Shown here: positions 38,404 through 46,288 of the stretch, piece after piece
Numbering within the stretch: the first letter of the stretch is position 1
Layout of the letters: every line of letters starts with the position of its first letter
NCBI GenBank assembly: GCA_028285685.1
Contig: JANQOR010000014.1
Span: 48,287 to 112,286 of the forward strand
Length of the DNA: 64,000 bases
Source of the DNA: Cyclobacteriaceae bacterium
GTDB lineage: Bacteria; Bacteroidota; Bacteroidia; Cytophagales; Cyclobacteriaceae
Direction of reading: 5' to 3'
Translations under genes and position numbers: made by a program
Notes under the pieces: generated by a model
Database searches by the model: none
What the model saw: the letters and a program-made list of their open reading frames with translations, nothing else
What the model was told of the DNA's origin: nothing

Positions 38404-39873
38404 TTATAAACCTAATCCGTAATAAGCCTTATCACCATTCGGATAGATTCCTTCGATCAGAATTCCGTCGCTACTCGGTCTGTTTAGAAATCGTTTAAGG
38501 TCACCTAGCTTTTTGATGCTCTGCTTGTCAATTCTCGTGATGATGAAGCCTTCTCTCAGACCGGCATCTTTCCACTTGCCTGACGCGAGATCCGTAACCT
38601 GCACTCCTCCATCCAACTTTAAGTCCGCAAGGGTCTTTTCCTGAACCTCGGAAAAGGTGGCTCCTTCAACTTCAAATTCTGAGTTAATTTCAACAATCTC
38701 GGTTGTTCCTGAAGAGTTCCTGAGGGTAGCCATTACTTCCCTTTGAATACCATCCCTGAGATACCTTACGAGCACCTTGTCTCCCGGTCTGTTTATGGCA
38801 ACTTGTTCCTGCAACTCAGCAACGCTATTTACGTCAATATTGTCGATTGCCACGATCACATCACCTCTCTCCAGGCCAGCCATTTTAGCTGCGCTGTTAT
38901 CTCCAACATCAGCAACATAGACTCCTTTTACAACATCCAAATCTTCAGCCTCTGCCAACTGCGCACTAACATCTCTGATCTGAATACCCAGTAGTGCTCT
39001 TTGAACAGTTCCATACTCCACAAGATCATCCACTACTTTTCTAACAAGTGATGAAGGAACTGCGAAGGAATAGCCAGCAAACGCTCCGGACGGTGAAGCA
39101 ATAGCCGTATTGATTCCAATCAATTCTCCGTTCAGGTTGACTAAGGCACCACCACTATTTCCTGGATTAACTGCAGCATCTGTTTGTATGAATGATTCTA
39201 TTCGATCACGCGATTCTAGGATCTGAATATTCCGGCTTTTAGCACTGACAATCCCGGCAGTTACCGTAGATCTAAATTCAAATGGATTGCCGATGGCTAA
39301 AACCCACTCACCGATTTGGATGCCTTCTGAACTTCCGTATTTGATAGGCACCAAATGATCTTCCTCAATTTTTATTACTGCCAAATCGGTGGATCCGTCC
39401 ACACCTACTACTTTGGCTTCATAACTTCGATTGTCGTTGAGAACCACCTCGATTTCAGAAGCATCATCAATCACGTGATTGTTTGTTACAATAAAGCCAT
39501 CCGATGATATCACGACTCCGGATCCTGCTCCCCTGGAAAAATTCTGACCTCCGTTGTTGCGATCTCCAAAGTATTCTCGAAACAGATCGTTAAAAGGGCT
39601 CCTGGCACCGGACTGACTTGAATATCTGGTCCTAATATGAACTACTGATGGAGTTGCATGTTTTGCCGCAAAAACAAAGTTCAGTCCTTCAGGAACAATA
39701 AAGTCTGAAGAGTCAAAAACATAATTTGTCAATGCCAACGGGTTTCGTTCGGTCGTCTGCTGTATGATCGTCTCCTTGGGAACAACAATCGAATACCCAA
39801 CCAGGGCGATCATTCCACCGAAGATGGATGAAAACACCATTGCCATTACTAAACTTCTCTTATTCATAATCAC
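38404..39873 (-). CDS. HtrA/DegP/DegQ family periplasmic serine protease with two PDZ domains
   Basis: Catalytic contexts TNNHVI (His), DLAVIKI (Asp) and GNSGGALVN (Ser). Two PDZ-like segments are present (GV.V..V...SAA..AGL..GDVI; G..VT....G.....GL.EGFIIT.ID). Confidence 0.9.
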   Translation of the reverse strand: MIMNKRSLVMAMVFSSIFGGMIALVGYSIVVPKETIIQQTTERNPLALTNYVFDSSDFIVPEGLNFVFAAKHATPSVVHIRTRYSSQSGARSPFNDLFREYFGDRNNGGQNFSRGAGSGVVISSDGFIVTNNHVIDDASEIEVVLNDNRSYEAKVVGVDGSTDLAVIKIEEDHLVPIKYGSSEGIQIGEWVLAIGNPFEFRSTVTAGIVSAKSRNIQILESRDRIESFIQTDAAVNPGNSGGALVNLNGELIGINTAIASPSGAFAGYSFAVPSSLVRKVVDDLVEYGTVQRALLGIQIRDVSAQLAEAEDLDVVKGVYVADVGDNSAAKMAGLERGDVIVAIDNIDVNSVAELQEQVAINRPGDKVLVRYLRDGIQREVMATLRNSSGTTEIVEINSEFEVEGATFSEVQEKTLADLKLDGGVQVTDLASGKWKDAGLREGFIITRIDKQSIKKLGDLKRFLNRPSSDGILIEGIYPNGDKAYYGLGL

Positions 39874-39953
39874 AAAATTTCCTTATTAATCGTAAAGCAA
39901 AAACCTTTGTTATATAATACCACAGAGATTTGCTATCCTTTTAACGAAGCTTA

Positions 39954-39990
39954 ACAAAAAAAGGTCGGCCCACAGTACGCGAACCGACCC
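39954..39990 (-). terminator. rho-independent terminator downstream of hsp20
   Basis: On the minus strand, the ggtcgg...ccgacc stem (39963..39989) is followed by a T8 run (A-run at 39955..39962 on the plus strand). Confidence 0.75.
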
Positions 39991-40013
39991 TACCATACCT
40001 AACTCAAAAAAAA

Positions 40014-40442
40014 CTACTTAATCGAAATTTGTTTCTTGGCAGATTTCTTAGCATCCTTAGGAAGCTTTACTACCAATATTCCATCCTGGTAGCTCGCGTC
40101 GATTTTGTCTCTGTCTACCAGATCAGGCAATTGAAAGGTTCTTTTGAATGACCCGAAATAGCTCTCGACACTGTGGAAGTTCTTCTCGTTCTTCTCATTC
40201 TCAAATTTCCTTTCGCCGCTGATGGTCAAGACATTTTCATTCAGATCAATATTGATCTCATCTTTTTTCACACCTGGTACATGTAGCTGAACTTCAAATT
40301 CTTTTTCAGTTTCCGCTATATCAACCCTGGGAGTGAATGATGACACTGAGCCACCTCTAAAATCATCATTGAAAAAATTGTCAACAAAGCTTCTGAAGCT
40401 AGTTGGTCTGTAATCGTTTGTATTGTACTTGATAAGTCCCAT
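40014..40442 (-). CDS. Hsp20/alpha-crystallin family small heat-shock protein
   Basis: Alpha-crystallin core P.VDI.E.EKEFEV.L.VPG.KK.EI.I....NVLTISGERK...F.R.F.LP........A.Y.DGIL.V.LPK. The likely start is ATG 40442 (MGLIKYN...). Confidence 0.88.
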   Translation of the reverse strand: MGLIKYNTNDYRPTSFRSFVDNFFNDDFRGGSVSSFTPRVDIAETEKEFEVQLHVPGVKKDEINIDLNENVLTISGERKFENEKNEKNFHSVESYFGSFKRTFQLPDLVDRDKIDASYQDGILVVKLPKDAKKSAKKQISIK

Positions 40443-40658
40443 TTTATTAGTATTTAGATTTCGAATTTCTTTTCCCTCCCTATTATCGAATTCCATACCA
40501 GTCCAATTTTTAATCAAAAAAGTGACACTTTGGCATTATTTATTGCTTTCGTTATAAAATTATATGCCATTTTGGCATTAAGTTGTCGTCACTTGGCTTT
40601 TTCGATCAGTTTTGAGAGCCTTCATTCAGCAAACCATCTCTTTATATTTGCGATAATA

Positions 40659-42728
40659 ATGAAGAGGACTCCAATCATATTGCTGCTTTTAATTCCATTG
40701 CTTGCTTTGCCGCAGGCCCAGTTTACGGATGTGACTTCATCAAAAGGGTTCCTGACCTTCACTCCTGCTCACTCTTTTGGTAGTGGTGTTTCAGCTGCAG
40801 ATTATGATAGTGATGGAGATATTGATCTGTACATTTTAACTGATGGAAGTTCAGACAACATGCTATGGAGAAATTCGGGAGACGGAAGTTTCGAATTGCT
40901 GCAATCTGCTTTGAGTATCCCTATGAACAGTCGGGCAGCGTTGTGGTTCGACTATGACGGAGATCATCTTTTAGATCTTGTTGTCGCTGGGGACTGTCTT
41001 GGTGCTTCGGGCTCTTGTCCAGATGAAGACTTTGTTAAGCTTTTCAGGCAACTCCAGGATGGTTCCTTCCAAGATGTAACTGCACAATCTGGTCTTACTA
41101 CAGGGAGAGAAGTTGAAGGAGTGTTTGGAGGTATGGCTGCTGGTGACATAAACAATGATGGCCACTTAGACTTAGTACTTGACTATTGGAACGGAAATGT
41201 TTTTCTATATCAAAACGAGGGAGACGGAACTTTCGAAGATATCTCCATCATAAAAGGGGTATCAAAGTCTTCTGATTACTGGCAACCTCTAATTTTCGAT
41301 ATGACGGGAAATGGCTGGTCAGATGTATATCTCACTGTTGACAACGATCCAAATTTGTTTTGGGAGAACAATGCAGACGGATCATTCGAAGAAATTGGGA
41401 CAAGTCTGGGGTTGGACAACAGTCACAACGACATGGGGGCGTGCTTTGGGGATTTCGACAATGACGATGACCTGGATATTTACATCACCAATATCGAGCG
41501 TGATCTGCCGGGCAAGCACAATGCACTATTTGAAAATAGAAGTAATGGAGAGCAGGTGCTTTTTGAAGAGGTTTCGAAGACAGCTGGTGTCAGTGCTGGT
41601 GGTTGGGGCTGGGGAATTACCTTCCTAGATGCTGACAACGATATGTGGTTGGATCTAGCCGCTACCAATGGACCTGTGGACACTTATGTCCTGGATGACA
41701 AAGCGAAGTTTTGGAAAAACAATGGTGATTTTACCTTCACGGACATTTCTGCTGAGGCTCGTTTCAACACCAATCTTGACGCGACAACTTTAATATCACT
41801 TGATTACGATCGTGATGGTGATCTTGACCTGGTTCAAACCTTGAAAGCAGATCAAGATCCGGTTGCGGTAAAACTCCTCGAAAACCAGCTGAATACAAGT
41901 TCAGAGTTTGGGAACTATCTGGTGGTAAAGCCTCGAATGGTGGGCGCTAATCATTGGGCGATTGGCAGCAAGGTTGGTATTCGTACAGGCTCAGGTGTAC
42001 AATCGCGTGCAATCACTGCAGGCAACAGTTTTTATGGCCAAGAGCCATCCGAGGCATTTTTTGGTCTGGGAGAAATTTCAATGGTTGATGAGGTTACAGT
42101 TGTGTGGCCAGGAGGTGCTAAGAGCACGGTTTCAAATGTTTCCGTCAACCAGATCTTAACATTAGAAGACCAGGATGTTCTCCACGCACCAGGACTTTTG
42201 ACTGCCAAAAACATCGAAGCCTCAGTTGTCGAATTAAGATGGGGACATATGTCTACAATTCAGAGTGAGTTCTTGATCGAACGGTCTGAATCATCAGATT
42301 TTATCTCGGTCGAAACATTCAACACCGAGGGAAGCAAATACAGCTACACCGATGAAACAGCGATATCAGGCACATACTATTACCGTGTGAAAGCTTCCAA
42401 TGGTGAGATTCACTCTGAGCCAAGCAACACCGCTCTGGTAAGCACCGAGGACGTAGTTTTAAGTGTCAGTCCAGAAGATAACTTCAAGATCTATCCAAAT
42501 CCCAGTCAAGGTTCATTTAACATTTCACTACCGGCAGAGGTTTCGGGACAAATTGAACTTCAACTCGTCACTTTGGCAGGTAGGGTGATTGAAAAGCGGT
42601 TCTATTCAAATGAAACCATGGTCAAGGAATTACATGTGCAAACAAATACGGCACCAGGAATCTACCTATTGAAGTTAGGATTTGAAAACGGAGTGCCAGT
42701 TGTTAGAAAGGTTTTCGTCCAGAGATAA
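40659..42728 (+). CDS. FG-GAP/VCBS-repeat + ASPIC/UnbV (CRTAC1-like) protein with T9SS C-terminal sorting domain
   Basis: Six or more D.D.DGD.DL Ca-binding FG-GAP loops. The UnbV/ASPIC block is GNSFYGQEPSEAFFGLGE...V.V.WPGG. A fibronectin-like segment is present. The T9SS tail is KIYPNPSQGSFNISL...GIYLLKL. The start was moved to ATG 40659 (MKRTPIILLLLIPLLALPQAQ). Confidence 0.85.
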   Translation: MKRTPIILLLLIPLLALPQAQFTDVTSSKGFLTFTPAHSFGSGVSAADYDSDGDIDLYILTDGSSDNMLWRNSGDGSFELLQSALSIPMNSRAALWFDYDGDHLLDLVVAGDCLGASGSCPDEDFVKLFRQLQDGSFQDVTAQSGLTTGREVEGVFGGMAAGDINNDGHLDLVLDYWNGNVFLYQNEGDGTFEDISIIKGVSKSSDYWQPLIFDMTGNGWSDVYLTVDNDPNLFWENNADGSFEEIGTSLGLDNSHNDMGACFGDFDNDDDLDIYITNIERDLPGKHNALFENRSNGEQVLFEEVSKTAGVSAGGWGWGITFLDADNDMWLDLAATNGPVDTYVLDDKAKFWKNNGDFTFTDISAEARFNTNLDATTLISLDYDRDGDLDLVQTLKADQDPVAVKLLENQLNTSSEFGNYLVVKPRMVGANHWAIGSKVGIRTGSGVQSRAITAGNSFYGQEPSEAFFGLGEISMVDEVTVVWPGGAKSTVSNVSVNQILTLEDQDVLHAPGLLTAKNIEASVVELRWGHMSTIQSEFLIERSESSDFISVETFNTEGSKYSYTDETAISGTYYYRVKASNGEIHSEPSNTALVSTEDVVLSVSPEDNFKIYPNPSQGSFNISLPAEVSGQIELQLVTLAGRVIEKRFYSNETMVKELHVQTNTAPGIYLLKLGFENGVPVVRKVFVQR

Positions 42729-42873
42729 TTTATGCGGTGACTTTTAATCCACTAAATACAATTGTCCCCAGTATTTTTTCTAAAAAAGTTTTCTGAGACA
42801 AGTTCATAAGTATAAATTTGCAAACCTTTTTAAGCACCTTCGTAAAGCTTCGGTGATTAAAAGGAAATAGAAT

Positions 42874-42947
42874 TCTCCCTTAGCTCAGCTGGTTAGAGCA
42901 TCTGACTGTTAATCAGAGGGTCCTTGGTTCGAGCCCAAGAGGGAGAG
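42874..42947 (+). tRNA. tRNA-Asn (anticodon GTT)
   Basis: 74-nt cloverleaf: TCTCCCT TA GCTC AGCTGGTTA GAGC A TCTGA CTGTTAA TCAGA GGGTC CTTGG TTCGAGC CCAAG AGGGAGA G. Confidence 0.95.
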
Positions 42948-42955
42948 CAGTAACA

Positions 42956-42986
42956 AGCCTGAGGCAAATGCTTCAGGCTTTTTTGT
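42956..42986 (+). terminator. rho-independent terminator after tRNA-Asn
   Basis: 9-bp stem agcctgagg/cttcaggct (one G:U pair) with a 6-nt loop, followed by TTTTTTG. Confidence 0.8.
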
Positions 42987-43004
42987 TGTCCAAATGGACC
43001 CGAC

Positions 43005-43051
43005 GGGTCTTTAGGTGCAACGCCACTCCGATCGAGCCCCAGAGGGAGAGC
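43005..43051 (+). repeat. degenerate copy of the tRNA-Asn 3' half with ~16-nt insertion in the T-loop (copy 1)
   Basis: The copy reads gggtctttagg[tgcaacgccactccga]tcgagccccagagggagagc. The tRNA reads gggtccttggttcgagcccaagagggagagc. Confidence 0.7.
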
Positions 43052-43126
43052 TGGACGGCGAAGCAGTTGCAGAAATATGACTGCTTTTTTTATTGGAAGG
43101 TGTAGTAAGAAGCTATAGTTTGCAAA

Positions 43127-44074
43127 ATGTTTCTAGCTACTTTGATTAAGGCTTTGATTGGGCTAATTGGGATGGTCACAAGTCTCATATTTCTAATTTT
43201 GTCATTATTCAAAAAGGAAAGAAAAGGAAAGCTGAAGATTGCAGGCACCACTTTTCTATCAACGATTGCGATCATTGTGATTATCACGATGATTGAATTC
43301 TATTCCTATCCTATCAACCCTAAATCAGATGAAGAAGTTCTAACAGCTTTTCGAGAAACTCCCCTTGGTGGTATTTGGCTAGCTCTTTACAGGGATCAAA
43401 GTTGGGAATTGGGACATTCTTCACGAGAAATCACATCAAATGGGACTTACCATATCGTTGGGGACACCATCACTCTTATTGCTTCAAAAGGAATGACTGT
43501 GATTGATGAAGTCGGAAATACTTCTTTTATAATCGAAGAAAAAGATTTGGTTGAAATAGAGAATTCGGGAATTCGCTCGTTGAAAATAACTTCAAATAAA
43601 TTGATGGATAATCCATCTCGATCTTCTCTGATTGAAAAAGTGGTTTGGCGGAATTTCTCCAGTCCATCAGCAAAGGATAAATTTTCAATTGAGATAGTTG
43701 GTAAATCAATAGCCGAAGGAACAATGATATTCACTATTGAAAGCTCTGAAGGTTTAACCATTCATTCTGAAGAATACCCATCTAATCATCTTGTTGGATA
43801 TGGGCTATTAGGTAAGGAAGCAACAGCCGAGATCGTAGAAAACTTTATAAAAAATCGGGTTAATGAATTCTTTGATGAAAAAAACTTCGTGGATTCTCCC
43901 ATTAGAAGAGATGATGAAATAGATGAGGACTATTCAAATACAGAAGTTTGGAATGATATCAAATCAGATAGCACTGCTGTTGGTTTCTATTATATGATTG
44001 GAGAGGAAGCCGGGTGTTGGATTGCCTATTCAAAAAAGAAAAGAGAAACCGTTAAGTACTTTTGTTGTTGCTGA
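43127..44074 (+). CDS. hypothetical membrane protein (two N-terminal TM helices, C-terminal CCC)
   Basis: 315-aa ORF with two hydrophobic helices followed by a soluble domain. I recognised no family. It is bracketed by the two tRNA-Asn-derived fragments. Confidence 0.6.
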   Translation: MFLATLIKALIGLIGMVTSLIFLILSLFKKERKGKLKIAGTTFLSTIAIIVIITMIEFYSYPINPKSDEEVLTAFRETPLGGIWLALYRDQSWELGHSSREITSNGTYHIVGDTITLIASKGMTVIDEVGNTSFIIEEKDLVEIENSGIRSLKITSNKLMDNPSRSSLIEKVVWRNFSSPSAKDKFSIEIVGKSIAEGTMIFTIESSEGLTIHSEEYPSNHLVGYGLLGKEATAEIVENFIKNRVNEFFDEKNFVDSPIRRDDEIDEDYSNTEVWNDIKSDSTAVGFYYMIGEEAGCWIAYSKKKRETVKYFCCC

Positions 44075-44166
44075 CTTATGTACTGACTTGGGAAATGTTG
44101 TTATGGTCTTTGCTGGTTTATTTGATCGCTTTGGTTCATGGCACATATGTCTTAGATCAACAGAAT

Positions 44167-44214
44167 GAGTCCTTGGGTAGAACGCCACCTCCAATCGAGC
44201 TCAAAAGAGATATC
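44167..44214 (+). repeat. degenerate copy of the tRNA-Asn 3' half with T-loop insertion (copy 2, more eroded)
   Basis: gagtccttgg[gtagaacgccacctccaa]tcgagctcaaaagagatatc aligns with both the tRNA 3' half and copy 1. Confidence 0.55.
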
Positions 44215-44407
44215 AGACCGAACCCCGTGTTAAACGCGTTTTTCGTTATTTGAATTTTATCCAGATGGCTGTTCCAATCTATGTAAGGAGTAACACCTTA
44301 CACCTCCATAAATACCATTCACCCCTCAATTCCTGTCACTAGACGATTTCTCCTGAAGTCAATACTTCAGAAAAATAGTTTTGAATCAAAAACTAAAGCT
44401 TACTACT

Positions 44408-46243
44408 ATGTGTGGAATCGTTGGATACTTAGGACAAAATCAAGCATACCCTTACTTAATTGAAGGATTGAAATCGCTAGAATACAGAGGCTATGATAGT
44501 GCAGGTGTTGCGCTCATGAATGGCTCATTAAGAGTATTCAAGAAACAGGGGAAAGTCCGTAACCTTGAAGCATTTGTTGACGGAAAAAACCTGTCAGGCA
44601 ACGCGGGAATCGGACATACCCGCTGGGCGACGCACGGAGAGCCCTCTGATCAAAATGCGCATCCGCACACCACTCAAAAAGGGAGTCTTGCTTTGATCCA
44701 TAATGGGATCATTGAGAATTATGAAACCCTAAGGAAGGAACTCATTTCCCGTGGACATGTATTTGAATCTGAGACGGATACCGAAGTTCTTATTCATTTG
44801 ATTGAAGAAATCCAGATCAATAACCATTGTATGTTGGAGAAGGCGGTGCAATTGGCCCTTCAACGAGTGGAAGGCGCATATGCCATCATCGTGATGTCAA
44901 AGGATGATCCAGAAAAATTGGTCGCTGCAAGAAAAAGCAGTCCCCTGGTTGTTGGAATGGGCGACAATGAGTATTTCATCGCTTCTGATACAATGGCTAT
45001 GGGTCAGCACGTCAATCGTGTCGTTTACCTTGATGATGAACAAATTGCGATCTGCCGATCCACGAAAGAAATTGAAATCAAAACGATCGAAGATATTCCC
45101 GTAACTCCTTACATTGAGGAATTTGATTCGAACCTCAGCATACTGGACAAACAGGGCTTTGAACACTTTATGCTAAAGGAAATCTACGAGCAGCCTAAAT
45201 CAATCAGAAATGGCTTGAGAGGAAGAATAACGCCCGACGGAGAAATCCACCTGAAAGGTATTTTGGAGCATGCTGAGAGATTTTGCGAGGCTAAAAGAAT
45301 CATCATCGTGTCTTGTGGCACATCATGGCATGCGGGGCTAGTGGGCGAATATCTAATTGAAAAGTATGCGAAAGTGCCTGTTGAGGTAGAGTATGCTTCA
45401 GAGTTCAGATACAGAGACCCTCTTATTACGGACGAGGATGTTGTAATAGCCATCTCGCAATCAGGCGAAACAGCCGATACACTTGCTGCTCTTGAAATTG
45501 CCAAAGAAAAAGGAGCATTTACGTTCGGGATATGCAACGTTGTGGGTTCGTCTATAGCAAGGGTGACCGACGCGGGCATCTACACAAAAGCTGGAAACGA
45601 AATAGGGGTGGCTTCAACGAAAGCCTTTACCTCACAAATGACCGTATTAACCATGATGGCTCTTCAGATGGGTAAGATCAAAGGAACGATCGAAAGGGCT
45701 GAACTACGAGACCGTGTCAAAGAACTGGACAGACTTCCTGATTTGATTAAACAAGCACTTTCGGGCGATAAGATCACTCACTTGATTGGTGATCTGTTTG
45801 CGCAAGCATCGAACTTTCTGTACCTCGGTCGAGGAGTGAATTTCCCAATAGCCCTTGAAGGTGCACTGAAGTTGAAGGAGATTTCATACATCCATGCGGA
45901 AGGATATCCGGCTGCCGAGATGAAACATGGACCTATCGCCTTGATTGATGAAAACATGCCAGTTGTAGTTATCGCCAATAGCAAGGAGAATTATGAGAAG
46001 GTTGTAAGTAACATTCAGGAGGTGAAGGCAAGAAACGGAAAAGTGATTGCCATCATCGAGACCGACGATAGGGACATTTTCAAATTAGCAGATGCAGTGA
46101 TCGAAGTTCCGAAGTGTTCAGAGTTGCTAACACCATTCCTCTCAGTAATTCCTTTGCAGCTTTTGTCCTATCATATTGCCAACAAGTTGGGCAAGGATGT
46201 AGATCAGCCACGGAACCTTGCAAAGTCAGTTACAGTCGAGTAA
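44408..46243 (+). CDS. glmS: glutamine--fructose-6-phosphate aminotransferase (isomerising)
   Basis: MCGIVGY Ntn-Cys start (the track start 44381 adds 9 residues), two SIS domains (SQSGETADT) and a C-terminal ...LAKSVTVE. Confidence 0.93.
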   Translation: MCGIVGYLGQNQAYPYLIEGLKSLEYRGYDSAGVALMNGSLRVFKKQGKVRNLEAFVDGKNLSGNAGIGHTRWATHGEPSDQNAHPHTTQKGSLALIHNGIIENYETLRKELISRGHVFESETDTEVLIHLIEEIQINNHCMLEKAVQLALQRVEGAYAIIVMSKDDPEKLVAARKSSPLVVGMGDNEYFIASDTMAMGQHVNRVVYLDDEQIAICRSTKEIEIKTIEDIPVTPYIEEFDSNLSILDKQGFEHFMLKEIYEQPKSIRNGLRGRITPDGEIHLKGILEHAERFCEAKRIIIVSCGTSWHAGLVGEYLIEKYAKVPVEVEYASEFRYRDPLITDEDVVIAISQSGETADTLAALEIAKEKGAFTFGICNVVGSSIARVTDAGIYTKAGNEIGVASTKAFTSQMTVLTMMALQMGKIKGTIERAELRDRVKELDRLPDLIKQALSGDKITHLIGDLFAQASNFLYLGRGVNFPIALEGALKLKEISYIHAEGYPAAEMKHGPIALIDENMPVVVIANSKENYEKVVSNIQEVKARNGKVIAIIETDDRDIFKLADAVIEVPKCSELLTPFLSVIPLQLLSYHIANKLGKDVDQPRNLAKSVTVE

Positions 46244-46288
46244 TCGAAAAAATTCCGTCTACCTCTCTTTAATGGCTAAATTACTTTT

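Noticed and set aside
40531-40546. Sigma-54-like promoter TGGCAT-N6-TTGC upstream of the FG-GAP/T9SS gene.
   Set aside because: The GG-to-GC spacing is 11 nt instead of the invariant 10. A second TGGCAT nearby lacks the GC element. It is better described as repeated half-sites.
40530-40658. N-terminal extensions in the ORF track: 40530 for the FG-GAP protein, and likewise 44381 for glmS, 36319 for the PKS and 40517 for hsp20.
   Set aside because: Internal ATGs give canonical N-termini (a signal peptide, MCGIVGY, MSTYINSIG). The upstream residues are not family-like.
44062-44253. 63-aa ORF downstream of the mini-island gene.
   Set aside because: It overlaps the end of the 315-aa ORF and the tRNA-derived repeat, has no motif, and is likely fortuitous.
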